Positions 9,991-23,300 of a DNA stretch of 64,000 nucleotides are shown piece after piece. The stretch is taken from assembly GCA_046331095.1 (NCBI GenBank), contig JAXLRM010000004.1, positions 68,316 through 132,315 on the forward strand, in the 5' to 3' direction. This DNA is from Acidimicrobiia bacterium (GTDB lineage Bacteria; Actinomycetota; Acidimicrobiia; UBA2766). The notes beneath the pieces are model-generated. The model had not been told where the DNA came from and made no database searches. It saw only the letters and a list, made by a program, of their open reading frames with translations. The position numbers and the translations under genes were made by a program. Numbering within the stretch: position 1 is the first letter of the stretch; every line of letters starts with the position of its first letter.

Positions 9991-11220
9991 TCAGAGGGGC
10001 AGGTCGCCGGTGGCCGTGCGCGTGCTGCCCGTGTCGCTGTAGGCCGCGATCGTGCGCTGGGCGATGCGCATCTGGTGCACCTCGTCGGCGCCGTCGGCGA
10101 AGCGCGCCCAGCGGGCGTGCTGGAACATGTCCGCCAGCGGGATGTCCTTGGAGTAGCCGAGCGCGCCGTGCACCTGGATCGAACGGTCGACGATCCGGTT
10201 CAGCGCGTTCGCGACGAAGTGCTTCGCCATCGAGACCTCCGACTTGAAGTCGAGACCCTTGTCGATCTTGTAGGCCGCGTGCAGCACCATGAGCTTGGAC
10301 TGGTACAGCTCCATCGCCGAGTCGGCGATCATCCACTGGATCCCCTGCTTCTCGGCGAGCAGCGATCCGTGCGCGAAGCGGTTCAGCGAGCGGTCGACCA
10401 TCATGTCGAGCGCGACCTCGGCCTGGGCGATCCAGCGCATGCAGTGCGCCAGGCGCGCGGGGCCGAGGCGGAACTGGCCGAGGCGGTGGCCCTGGCCCCG
10501 CTCCCCGAGCATGTTCGCGGCCGGGACGCGCAGGTCCTCGATCACGATCTCGGAGTGGCCCGTGGAGCCGTGCATCGTCTCGATCTCGCGCACGTCGTGC
10601 CAGCCCTCCGCGGGCAGGTCGACGAGGAATCCCGTCGTGGCGGCCCGGGGCTGGTCGGGGGTTTCCTCGGTCCGGGCGATCAGGATCGCGAAGCGCGAGC
10701 GCCGCGCGCTCGAGATGAACCACTTGTGCCCGTTGATCACCCACTCGTCGCCGTCCTGGTAGGCGTGGGTGCGGATCAGGGTCGGGTCCGACCCGGCGAC
10801 CTCGGGCTCGGTCATCGCGAAGCAGCTCATCGCGTGGCCCAGGCACAGCGGCCGCAGGTACTTCTCCTTCTGCTCGTCGGTGGCCCAGTGCAACAGCGTG
10901 TTCATGTTGCCTTCGTCGGGGGCCTGGCAGTTGAGCACCCACGGCCCGAAGTACGACTTCGCCGCCTCGGCCTGGACCATCGCCAGCTCGGTGTGGGAGA
11001 GGCCCATGCCGCCCCACTCCTCGGGCATGTGCGGCAGCCACAGGCCCGCCGCCTTGGCCTGTTCGCGCATCTCGAACAGGATCTGGAGGTACTTGCCCCG
11101 GTCGACGTCCTCACGGTTGCCGATGCGTGACTCGCCGAGCAGCACCGTGCCCTGGATGAAGTCGCGGACCTTCAGCCGCAGATCCTCGAGCTCGGGTGAG
11201 AGTGTGAAGTCGATTGCCAT
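9991..11220 (-). CDS. acyl-CoA dehydrogenase family protein
   Basis: 409 aa from ATG 11220 (MAIDFTLSPELEDLR..). ACAD motif FAMTEPEVAGSDP. C-terminal helical domain ending ..EVHQMRIAQRTIAAY. Confidence 0.9.
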   Translation of the reverse strand: MAIDFTLSPELEDLRLKVRDFIQGTVLLGESRIGNREDVDRGKYLQILFEMREQAKAAGLWLPHMPEEWGGMGLSHTELAMVQAEAAKSYFGPWVLNCQAPDEGNMNTLLHWATDEQKEKYLRPLCLGHAMSCFAMTEPEVAGSDPTLIRTHAYQDGDEWVINGHKWFISSARRSRFAILIARTEETPDQPRAATTGFLVDLPAEGWHDVREIETMHGSTGHSEIVIEDLRVPAANMLGERGQGHRLGQFRLGPARLAHCMRWIAQAEVALDMMVDRSLNRFAHGSLLAEKQGIQWMIADSAMELYQSKLMVLHAAYKIDKGLDFKSEVSMAKHFVANALNRIVDRSIQVHGALGYSKDIPLADMFQHARWARFADGADEVHQMRIAQRTIAAYSDTGSTRTATGDLPL

Positions 11221-11374
11221 GGCGGTGTCCGGGGCGAGGGGGTTCCGGCAGTTCGCGCTCTGCGAACTGGACAAGTGTCCCACACGCGTCCCGGCGCCTC
11301 CCTCATCGCCCGGGGGATCCGACGAGGTCGACGCGGCTCGGGTGCTCGCCCGAGCCGGTCGCGGGGTTGCGCGG

Positions 11375-14300
11375 CTACTGCGGTGGCGCGAAGAGCTGGA
11401 TGCGGTAGACGATGCCGGCGATGACGAGGCGCAGCACGCCGTTGCGGTTGATCGAACCGCCTACGACGTCGATGCAGACTCCGGCGCACGCCTGGCCGGT
11501 GAAGCTGCCGGTCAATCTGTCGGTGCGGAATCTCACGGTGGCGGTGCCCTTGAGACCCACGGTGAAGAGGGTGAGGTCGACTGCTGCGGTGCCGTCGAAG
11601 GAGAAGGTGCCGTCGGAGTAGACCGACCCGCTGACGCTGCCGTCGACGGGGCCGAGGTCGACGGTCACCGGATCCGAGGCCGGGATGGCCATCCGCACCA
11701 CGCCGTTGTCGAGGCTGACGTCGTAGGTTGCCTGCGCGAACACGTAACCCAAGGCCGCGAGGCGGCCTCGCACCGATCCCTCGAACCTCCCGTCCGAGGC
11801 GACGGTGAGGGTGCGCAGCGACATCCCGATGCTGCCGGCGAGAACGTCGATGCCGATGGGCGAGTTCAGCGAGAGCCCGAGGACGCCGCCGGAGAGCGAC
11901 AGCGTGAACGACGGGTCGTTCGTGGTTTGCAGCGCCGGGCCGAGGTTGATGCCGGTCGCGGTGAAGGTGTAGCTCCATTCGGCGTCGCCGTCGATCGTGA
12001 AGTTCGGCAGGTCGATCGGGTCGCCGACCGGCAGGTACAGGCGGCCGCCGTTCACTCTCACCCCGAGTGTGCTGAGCGAGGCACCGGTCTTGCGGACCCG
12101 GATCGAGGCGTTGCGGATGCTGAGAGCGTCGGGCCCGATCCGTGTGGTCGAGGCGGCGACGTCGAAGGTGCCGTCCGAGGAGATGGTGAACGCGTCGACC
12201 GTGAGGGTCGCGAGGCCGGGGATGGCAACCGTCGGCTTGTTGAACCGCGTCGTGCCGGTGACGCGCAGGCGGAACACGCCGCCCTGGCGCTCGAAGATGA
12301 GCCTGCCGTCGAGGTCGAGCGCCCTCAGGTCGAGGTGGGTCGACGCCAGCGTGAGGCTGAACTCGCCGGTCGTGTCGATGTTGACACCGGGCACGGTGAG
12401 CGTGCCCAGGTTCGTGATCGTCAGCGACGACGGGCCGACCTGGAGCTGTATGCCGGTGCCGTTGGCCCCGACGTGGAGGTTGAACGACGGCAGCGCCAGC
12501 GAGAACTGCGACACGGTCACGGTCTTCGCAGTCACCGATGCGTCGAAGTGGCCGTCGGTGCCGATCGAGAAGGTGTTGACGCTGAAGGACGTGACGCCCG
12601 CCCAGGCGAGAGTGACGTCGGTTGCCGTGAACGAGATCACGGCGGGGGAGCCGAGGCGGCTCAGCGTGAACGTGCCGCTGATCGAGAGCGCCGAGCCCGG
12701 CGGGCCGAGGCGGAGCGAGCCGGCGCTGACCGTGAGCGAGCCGCGCAGGGTCGTGTCGAGGCTGCCGCTGAGTGCGAGGTTGTCTGCGATGCCGGGGACG
12801 TCGACGCGGGAGTTCACGGCGATGGCGGCTGTCGTGGGTGTGAACGCCATCGTCACCCCGCCTTCGAAGCGCCAGCCGCCGAAGGGGATGTTCGGTGAAC
12901 CGTTCAAGGTGAGGGCGAGCGATCCCGTCGGCCCCGCGGCGGCGAGCACGAGAGCGCCGTCGACGTCGAGCGAGGACCCGAGGAAGTTGAAGCGGGCGTC
13001 CACGGTCATCGAGGTGGCGAGGACCGTGCGGGTGATCGTGGCGAGAGGCGGTCTCGGGTTGCCCGTCGTCAGGCGGGTCACGTTGAAGCCCTTGATGCCG
13101 AGCGACGACGCCGTCAGGGCGAGGTTCCCGGTGCCGGCGCTGCTGATCGAGCCCGAGATCCCGACGCCGGTGGCGACGCCGGGGATGTCCGCGGCCCCAG
13201 TGGCTGCCAAGCTGGCCGATGTCGTGCCGACCACGAGTGAGAGGCTGCCCCGCACCGCCACCGGCCCGAACGCCAGGGACCGGCCCGACTGCAGGGCCAC
13301 CGTCAGCGTGCCGGTCGGACCGCCGCTGCCGATGGCAAGGTTGCCGTCCACGTCGAGGTTCGCGCCGAGGAAGGACATCCCGGTGTCGACGACCATGCGG
13401 ACCGCGCCGGCGTTGCCGACGACCCGGAACGTGCCGTCGCGCAGAGTGAAGCCGAACAGCGACAGCGAGCTGATGTCGAGGGAGATGTCGATCGTGCCGT
13501 CGGAGGCGATCGTGCCGGTGGCGTGCGCGCTCCCCTTGCCCGTCGCGGCCGACAGCCATGACGGGAAGCCGACGGTGCCGTCGAACGACAGCGTCGCCAC
13601 GAGGGTGCCGCCGCTGCGGGTCAGGCCGAGGACGAATCCCGTCGAGATGTCGAAGCCGGCGAGGGTCGGCCCGCCGCCGTCGAAAGTGACTGCGAGCGAT
13701 CCGGTCAGGTCGGGGTTCAGCGTCCCGTGCACCCGCGCCGCTGCGCCCAGGATGTCGGCCCTGCCGTCGACGCCGACGCCGAGGTGGCCGTCGGTCTGGA
13801 CGACGTCGATCGAGGCGTCGCTGATCGTGACACCGCCGAGCGGTCCGATCTGGGCGACCTCGGCGTGTCCGACGAGGTCGGGCAGTCCGCCGCCCGACGG
13901 CGGAGTCACGGCGATGCGGAAGGCCGCGTCGTCCACGAGGCCTTCGATGTCGAGGCGTGTGCCGAGCTCGATGCCTCCCTTGCGCAGCAGCGGGTCGGCC
14001 GAGGACGGGTCGTAGCCGGGCGAAACCGCACGGAACGTGGCGTCGGCACCGGCGACGCCTCCGATGATGGGCGGCAGGCCCAAGCGGGCCAGCACGTCGT
14101 CGACATCGGCTGCGTCGATGCTCGTCGTCGCCGTGGCGCGGGGCAGGTCGACGGTGCCGTCACGGCCCAGGGTCGGCTCCACGTCGAGGTCGAAGCGGGT
14201 GCTGAGCCCGATCAGGGGCAGCTCGCCACGGACCTGGGTCTTCTGGTCGCTGCTTGTGACGACGGCCCTGCCGAAGGGCACGCTCAGGAGCGTGCCGTCG

Positions 14301-17300
14301 AAGACGCCTTCGAGGTAGGCCGCGGCGGAGATGTCGTTGAAGGCGTCGGCGAGGGCGTTGCCGACCCCGATCGGCGAGATCCGCTCGACCGCGCCGAAGT
14401 CGTAACGGAAGACGTCGCCGAAGCCGGGGACGAAGAGCTGTACCGAGGTGGGCGAGGTTGTCCGACCGAGGTGGTCCGCAATGGCGCTCACCCAGTCGGG
14501 CATGTCGGCGATGTCCGCGGGGACCTGAAGGTTCAGCGTCGACAGCAGCCCGAGGGGATCGGTCAGCAGCTCGGGCAGGAGCAGTCGGCCGGTGAGCAGG
14601 ATCCCGCCGTGGCCGACGATGTCGAGGTAGTGCTGCTCGGTCCGGATCGGGATCCGGTTCGGGTCGACGGACGCATTCGGGTCCTCCCAGAGCTTCTGGA
14701 CGTGTGCGTCGACGAGGGCAGGGTTGTCGGCTGCGATGACGAGACCGGTCATCTGGCCGACCTCGAAGTCGAGCCAACGCAGGCCTCCGCGCAGCTCGAT
14801 CGCCCACGCGCCACTCCACGGGTCGATCGTCGGCACACCCGAGCCGCCGAAGAGTCCCTCGATGACCCCGCCGATGGGCAGCTCGAAGGTCATGCCGAGA
14901 TGGTCCTCGAAGCCGAGCGACATGAGCTCGCAGGCCGCCCCTCCGATGACGGGGATGACCATGCCGCATAGCTGCGTGCCGATGTCGGCGATGCTCGTGT
15001 CGAAGCCGAAACCGAGCCCGTCCTTGGTGATGATCGCCTCGACCTCGTGCTGGGGCTCTCCGAAGGGGATGCCGAGGATGACCGGCTGCAGCATGCCGCG
15101 CAGGTGGAACGACGGGTCGAACTGGGACCAGAACCCCGCTCCCGCCTCGCGGACCGCGTCACGCACGACGCCGAACAGCGCCGCGATCGCCTCGCCGCCG
15201 GCGCCGAGCTGTTGGGCGAAGGCGACGTAGTCGGCGTGGGTGAACACGGCCGAGAGGTCGAAGTCGTCGACCAGATCACTCCCGGTGTTGAGCAGGTCGG
15301 CGACGAACATCCGCGCCGCGCGGCCTGCAGCGGCCGGGTCGGCGGGCAGGGCACCGCCGCCCATGAGAGCGATGGCACGCGAGGTCAGGAACTCGCGTGT
15401 GACGACCTGGCCGTCCTCCGCCCCCGAAACGAGACCGTCTCCGTTGGTGTCGAGCAGCAGGCGGGCGAGCGGCCGCTCGTGGTCGCCTTGGAGGCCGGTC
15501 GCGAGGGCGCCGAGGCTGGCGTCGAAGAAGTCCTGGCCGACTTCGAGGCTGCCCGAGGCGGCCCTTTGTACGAACGTGGCGACGCCGAGGCCGAAGCCGG
15601 GGAGGATGCCTTTGGTGTCCAGGCTCGCCTCGAGCGTCGCGTGGGCGGGCAGGAGGAAGCCGAGCGGGTTCCCCGGCTGGGGGGTCTCGAACGCGAAGTC
15701 GAACTTCGGCTCGAGCGGTTCGCTGAGGTCCATGAGCAGGGCGGCGCCCGCGAAGTCCATGCCCCAAGCGGCGATGTTTCCGCTGCCGATGAACTTGACG
15801 CCCTGGCGACCGGGGATCAGCCCGACGTTCATCCCGAGTGTGACGTCGCCGGTGACGATGCCGGGCGCCATGGCGTGGGTGAGCTTGCCCGAGAGCGCCA
15901 TCGTGAACCCGTCGTCCCAGGTGAACGACCCGGTCTGCACCGCGGGTTCCACCTTCTCCCGGATCGTGTCGTCGTTGATCGGGAAGTCCGTTTCGAAGGC
16001 GGGGTCGTGGAGGATCTCCATCGGGCGCTGCGGGTCGGGGAATGCCGGCCCACCGAAGGCCAGGCCGCCCTCCACTCCTGAGAGCATGACGCCGCCGAGG
16101 AGGCCGCCGTCGAGTGGGATCGCGAGAGGAACGAGCACCTGGGCGAGGATCGGCCCGTACTGGGTGACCACGAGGTCGATCCCGGCACCCATGCCTTCGT
16201 ACTCGAACTGGCCGAAGACACGGCCGTAGAAGACCGTCTCGGGCTGTTCGCCCGGGGCGGGGTCGCCGTCGACGCTGATCGTCTTCAACTCGAGCCCGCC
16301 GCCGACCTCGAAGCCGGGCACGAGCTCGAACGGCTCGACACCCATCTTGGCGCCGGTGAGGTTCGTGATCGGGAACTCGCCCCGCGCCAGCTTGCCGAGG
16401 TCGACCTCGAGCCCGTCGACCGATGCCGAGATCGGCCACGTGTCGTTCGCCTCGATCCCGCCGGAGAATGTGATCACGAACCCGGCGAGGTCGGTGAGCG
16501 GGATGCCTTCTGGCGGGATGTCGGTGAGGTCGACGTTCGGGAAGCGGATCCCGAAGTCGTCGATGCGTAGAGGCAACCAGTCGGGCAGGCCGAAGTGCTC
16601 GTCGTCGGGGACGTCGAGGTTGAAGAAGAAGCCGGGCAGGACCCGCGGCACGAGGTCGGCGCCGATAGCGAAGTTGCCGACCTCGCCTCCCCAGCCGGCG
16701 AGGGCGTCGAAGTCCTCGTCGAACTCGACTCTCGCGGATCCGTCACAGGGTGGATCCTCGTCGGCTTCGCACGGCCGCCCGCCGAAGGTGACCAGCGGTT
16801 GTCCGGGCGCAGGGGCGAAGTTGATCCCGACGTTGGTGCCGACGACGCGCATGAACTCGCCGAAGGCGATCTCGACGCGGTCGACGCCGGCACCGGTGAA
16901 GGTCGGGCCCGTGATCGTGAACCGCCACTGCCCGTCGACGGCGATCCCGAGGCCGAAGTCGAGCTCGGCGCCCTCGAAGGACACGTTGTCGCCGAGGGAA
17001 GCCGAGAGCGAGAAGGTGCCGTCCAGGTCGAGGCTCGCGCCGGCGGGTGTGATGCCGAGGGAGCCGCACACGTCGATCGCGGCCTCGCCCCGTATGTCGT
17101 CGAGGCCACCGAGGACCGACAGCGATCCGCAGGCGTCGTTGACCCAAGCGCCGTTCTGGTAGGCGCCGAGGGTGAGCTGCGCGCCCAGTGTCACGTCGCC
17201 CACCCTGAGGTCGTCGAAGCCGAGGGTGATCGGGCCCAGGTCCCACGGGCGGACCTTGCCCTCGCTCAGCGAGTCGACCGCGATCGAGAACGTGAAGGTG

Positions 17301-20300
17301 TTGTCCTCAGTCGGGCTCGACGGTGTGACCGCCGCGCCGCCGATGCCGAGGACAGGCGTGAAGGGGAGCCCGGCCATCGCCGTGAAGTCGACGCTGCCGG
17401 TGACGGTGACCTCGAAGGTGTCGAGGTTCCCCCAGTCGGGGAAGTTCAGGGACACGCCGGTCACGTCGAACGGGACGATGCCGCCGAGGCCGATCGTCTG
17501 CAGGAGACCTGCCGAGGTGACTTCGACCCCGGAGGCGCCGAAGGTGCCGTCGCGTTCGAGTGCCAGATCGGTGAAGGTCACGCCGAGTCCGTCGAGGCCC
17601 CGCAGGGCCCCCGTCGCGGTTGCGGCGGTGAAGACCGGCCCTGTCGCTGCAGGACCGAGGTGCAGGTCGACGTCGGAGATGGTGAAGTCGATGGCGCCGG
17701 CGATGCTGCCTGTGACGGTGCCTGCGTGCAGGGACAGGTTTCCGGTTGAGTCGAGCGTGCCCGTCACGGCGTCGGCGCGGGCGCTGCCTGCGGGCACGGT
17801 TCCCGGTGGCGCCGTTTCGGGGAAGAGAACGACCGTGGCGGCGTTAACGGCGACCGAGCCTGTGGCGGTGCCGGTCGCGACGTCGCCGTCGACGGTGGCG
17901 TCGAGAGTGACGCCGCCGAGGTAGGCGATCGGCAGGGTCAGCTCGTCGACGGCGACATGGCCGGTGGTCTGCACCCGGGTGTGGTCGAAGGAGCCTGCGA
18001 GCCCGACCGTGACGGCGCCTCCGGCGGCACCGAGATCGGCATCGAGGTTGGCCGTGGCCGAGCCGTCGAAGCGGTCCGGCGCGAGGGTGGCGCCGAAGGC
18101 GAGATCGGCGACGCCGAAGCCTGCCCAGGCGTAGTCGTGGCCGGCCTCGCCTGTGCCGCTCAGGGTCCAGACGCCGTTGTCGTAGGCGCCGACCATGTCG
18201 ATGAGGGCCGTGTTCGCGGCGTCGGTGAGGCCCGGCAGGGTGAGGGTGCCTTCGAGTGATGCCGCGATGTCGATGTCGGTCTGGAACTGCGGATCGACGC
18301 TGAGCGTGAACGTGCTGTCCCATCCGAGCGCGAGCGGGTCGAGCGTGGCGTCGAGGTGGGCATCCACGGTGCCCTCGGCCGCGGGACGCAGGTACGACGC
18401 CGGCGCGGCGGCGAGGTCGGCCGCACGCAGTCGCGCCGGACCGCCGTTCGCGGCGAGGATCACCGACACGTCGACCGCCACGGGTCCCGTCACGTCGAGT
18501 CCTGCAACCCCTGCGACACTGCCGGTGCCGCCGACGGTCGTCGTCGCGTCCACGTCGAGGCGCAGCCCGCTCTCGTCGGCGACATAGAAGCCGGTGGTGT
18601 CGACACCGACGACGAGCGTGACGACGAGGTCTGCGCTCGAGTCGAAGTCGGCGTCGAGACCGAGGTTCGACGCGAGGCCGTCGAGGAAGCCGGTGGCGTC
18701 GTCGTTGAACTCGTCGCCGGTGAAGCCCAGGGACTCGGCGAGGTCGGCGAGTGTCGCCGTGTAGCGGACCTGGATGATGTCCGCGGCGGTGGGCGGCGCC
18801 GGGTGCCCGCAGGCGCCTCCCGCGACCCAGTCGATCGTGACGCCCTGTGCCTCCAGTTGGCCGCACAGGACGTCGAGGTCGTCGTCGAGGCCGGAGAACG
18901 GGCTGTCGAGGCGGTCGAGGTCGTCCTGGGGCTCGTACAACCCGGCGAGCTCGTCGGTGAGGCCGGGCAGCTCGAACGGGGAAGTCGTGTTGCGGTCGAG
19001 GTCGTACTCGGCGCCCCAGTCGTCGAGGACGTCGAAGAGTTGGCTGCCGCCGGTTTCGAGCTGCTCGGCCACGGTTCCCGACCCGCTCGGGCCGTCGTCG
19101 TCGACGATCGTGACCGTGGCGGACTCGCCCTCGGGCACCGTCACGTTCCCGGCGGCCGTGATCGTCGCGCTGAACTGCTCGTCGTCCTCGTCGATCTCGT
19201 CGCCGACGATCGGGACGGCGAAGATCTTCGTCGTCTCACCGGGGGCGAACACGACGTCGCCGGCGGCCTCGACGTAGTCGGGACCCGCCAGAGCGGTCCC
19301 GTCGTGGGTGCTCGCGGCGACCGTCACGACCTTGGCCGATTCCTGGGGCAGGAGCCCGAGGACAGGATCGACGAGACGCACGGCGAGGGCGGCGTCGACA
19401 GTCCCGCCGTCGCCCTCGGTGATCGAGATGCCGTCGATCACGGCCATGGGAGCGGCGTCGTCGTCGACGATCGTCATCGCCGCGGTCGCCTCGCCTGCCG
19501 TGACGGTGAAGGTTTCGTCGTCCTCGTCGATCGTGTCGGCGGTGATCGTCACGGCCACGAACGCGCTCGAGTCCGGGTTCACGGTCACGGTCGCGGGGGT
19601 GGACGCCGTCGAGTAGTCGAGCGTTGCCTGTGCCGTGCCCGCCGTCACCTGGAACGGGACCGTGACGGGAACGGTGCCGCCGATTCCCTGCACCTGGACC
19701 TGGAACGTGCCGACGGCCTCGGGGGTCGACTGGGGGGAGATCGTGACGGTCGGCGGAACGGGCGGGACGCCCGCGCGAAGCGTGACCGTGCCGTTGGGCG
19801 GGTCGTAGACGGCGCTGAGCGTGCCCTCCACCGAGGCGAAGGTGCCCGACAGCGTGGCGGCGTCGATGACCACGAACTCGTCGGCAGCGCCCGGCGTGTA
19901 CCCGTCGGCGAGTGTCGCCGCGAGGGTCCCGTCGATGGTGGCAGCGCCCGAGACGTCGAGGCGGCCATGGGTCGTTCCGGGGTCGGTGCCTGCGATCGTG
20001 AATTCCAGACGGCCCGTTCCGCTCTGGGTGAAGGGACCGCCGACCTGCAGTCGGGATGCCGACCCGATCGCGAGGGTGCCGCCCGAGATGGTGAGTGCTG
20101 CGGTGGTGTTCCCGCCGACGGGGGTGTTGTCGAGGTCGAGGGTGCCGCCCTGCACGGTGATGTGCGCGGGGGTGAACGCGCTGGAGCCGGTGACTCCTAC
20201 GGTGGCGCCGGTCACGAACATCGTTCCCGCACCGGTGACGGGGCCTGTGAGGTCCAGGGTGCCTTGGGAGAAGTCGAGGTTGGCGTCGGCGATCCATGCG

Positions 20301-23300
20301 CCGGAGCCGCCGCTGCCGGCAGCGCCACCGACGATCAGGAGGCCGGCGTTTGCGTGCACGGTGCCGTCGTTGACGAAGACGGCGCCGTTGGCGGCCAGGC
20401 TCGACACGCCTGCGGTGGTCTTGGTGATGGTGGCGCCGGGTCGGTTCGTGATCCGTGGTGCCGACGAGCCCGAGGCCGAGTAGGCGGTCTCGCCGGTCCC
20501 GATGTCGAAGGTGGCGAGGTTGTCGAGGTGGCCGGTGGCGTCTGCGGTCTCGACGAGGCGGATCTCGCCGCTGGTGGCGCCGCTGTCCCAGGTGAGCGTC
20601 CCCTCGTTGACGAGGTGGCGTCCCAACGTCACGTCGTTGGTGATCGAGCCCGTCGCCGACGACCCGAGACGCAGGTCGCCGCTGCCCGCAAGCGCGCCGC
20701 CCGACCACGCGAACTGGTCCTGCACCGCAACCGCACCGCTGCCGTCCAACGTCCCGCCTGAAACAGCGAGCTGCGCGATCGTGGAGTCCCCGGCGATCGA
20801 GAGCGTCCCGCCGGAGACGGTTACGGCTCCTTCGGCGGTCACGGCACCGACGGACGAGGTGCCGGTCGAGTGCTCGACCGCGGAGCCCTCGGGGATGCAC
20901 ACAGCGTCGCTCGGTCCCGGCAAGTTATCCGTGCTCCAGTTGGCGGCGGTGTCCCAGCGGCCGTCGCCGGCAGAGCCGTCCCAGGAGACCGTGCAACTGC
21001 TGAGGGCCGTGCCGAGGATCACGTCGCCGTTGGCCACGTCGTAGTCGACATCCAGGTCGCCTTCCACAGCGGCGAAGGTGCCGCTGAGGCTGGACGCGTC
21101 GATGACGGTGAAGGAATCCGCGGGACCGGGTGTGTAGCCGTTGGCGAGCGTGGAGACGATCCTGCCGTCGACGGTCGCGGCGCCGGAGGCGACGATGCGA
21201 CCGAACCCGACCCCCGGCACGGGGCCCGACACCTCGATCTCGAGCAGGCCCGCGTCACCCGCCAACGGAGCTCCGGTTTGGGTGAAATCGCCAGCGAGGG
21301 CGATCTGCGCGGACTTCAGTGTGAGGGCACCGCTGTTGGTCAGGTTGCCACCGAGGCTCAGGTTCTTTCCCGCCAACAGGAGTTCCCCGTCGTTCACCGC
21401 AAGGTTGCGCAGTGCATCGGCACCGTTGTGGTCGAGGAAGTTGGCGCCGGGGCCCAGCAGCGAGATGTCGGCGGCGTTGGTGACGACGTTCGCGTTCCTG
21501 AGGCGAAGGGTCGCGCCGTCGGCGACGCTCCAGGTCCCGCCGTCCAGCGTGGTCCCCGACACGTTGGTGACGTCACTCTCGAGCTTGAGGGTGCCTTCGG
21601 CCGCTGTGATGGTGCCGTTGTTGGTGAATTCGACGCCGCTGCTGCCGAGGGTGGCGGTGGTGGTGGCGGTCTTGGTGATGGTGGCGCCGGGTTGGTTGGT
21701 GATCTTGGGTGCGGTGCCGCCGTCGAACCACTGGGCCCCGTAGCCGCTGGTGATCGTGAACGTGGCGGCGTTGTCGAGGTGGCCGCCGCTGTGGAGGATG
21801 AGGTTGCCGTCGGACCAGGCGAGTGAGCCCGTATTGAGGAGGTGGCGTTCGAGGTATTTGGTGTTGCCGGTCGAGATCGACGCTGTCGCGGCCGGGCCGA
21901 CCGTGAGCGTGCCCGCGCCCGAGACGGTCCCGTTCGTCCAGTTGAACTGGCCGCCGACGGTCACGTTCCCGGCACCACCGAGCACACCCCCCGAGACGTT
22001 CAGAACGGCGATCGTGGACTCCCCGGCGATCGCCAGCGTCCCACCGGAGACGGTCAGCGTCCCCCGTACGTTGACTCCACCGACCGTGGAGTCGCCGGAG
22101 GCGTGGTTGACGGTCGCCCCTTCGGGGATGCAGGCCACGTCGGAGGCGCTCGGCAGGGCGTCCGTGCTCCAGTTGGCAGCGGTGTCCCACCGACCGTTGC
22201 CGCCACCGCCGTCCCAGGTGACGGTGCAGGCGGGTCCGCCGCCGGTCAGCGAGAGGACGACGTCGCCGTTCGCGCTGTCGTAGCTCGGGACGAGAGTCCC
22301 CTCGGCAGTGAACGTGCCGGCAATGCCGGCGGCGTCGATGACGGTGAAGGCATCGGTCGCACCGGGCGTGAAGCCGCCGACGAGGGTGGACGACAGCGTT
22401 CCGGCGAGGTTGGCGCTGCCATTGACGACGAGGCGGCCGTACCCGTGGCCGCCGACGTTGCCGTACAGCTCCACCTCGAGCCGCCCCGACGGCGCCTGGG
22501 TGTAGTCGCCGTGGATGTCGATCTCGGAGTCCCCGCCGAGGTGGATCGTGCCGCTGTTGGACGACGCCCCCCAGATCGTGAGGGTGCCGCCCTGCATGAC
22601 GAGGGTGCCGTCAACTCGGAGGGCGTTGACGCCGGAACTGCCCGAGTAGTGGTTCACCGTCACGCCCGCGGGGATGCAGGCGCTGTCGTCGCCGCTCGGG
22701 ATCTCCCCGCCGCTCCAGTTGGCGGCGTCGTGCCAGTTCGACGTCGCACCGATGTACACCGTCGTGCAGCCGGCGAACGGGTCGGTGGCGCCGAGCACGG
22801 CGTTTCCGGCGGCGGCGTCGTAGTGGACGAACAGGCCGCCCTCGATGGATGCGAACGGTCCCGAGAGCGCTGCTGCGTCCACGATCGTGAACTCGTCCGA
22901 CGGCGCAGGCACGAACGGTGCCACGACGTTGGCAGCGAGGGTTCCGCCGAGGTATGCGGTGCCGGACACGGTGAGCGAGCCGTGACCCTGACCCGGCGTC
23001 GTGGCGGCCACGTCGACCTCGAGACGTCCGTTGCCGGCGTAGAAGTCGCCGGGGACGGTGACGACGGAGCCCGCGCCGAGCTTCAGGGTGGCGTTGTTCC
23101 CGAGGTCGCCCGGCACCGCCAGGTCCCGGCCGCCCGCGAGGGTGAGCGTGCCCGAGTTGGTGGCGAAGTGACGCAAAGCGTCCGCACCGTCCTGATCCAG
23201 GAACCTGGCGTTCGGTCCCAGCAGGGAGATGTCGGCGCTGTTGGTGACGATGTCGGCGGCGAGGAGCTTCAGCGTGGCGTTGTCGGCGACCCGCCACGTG

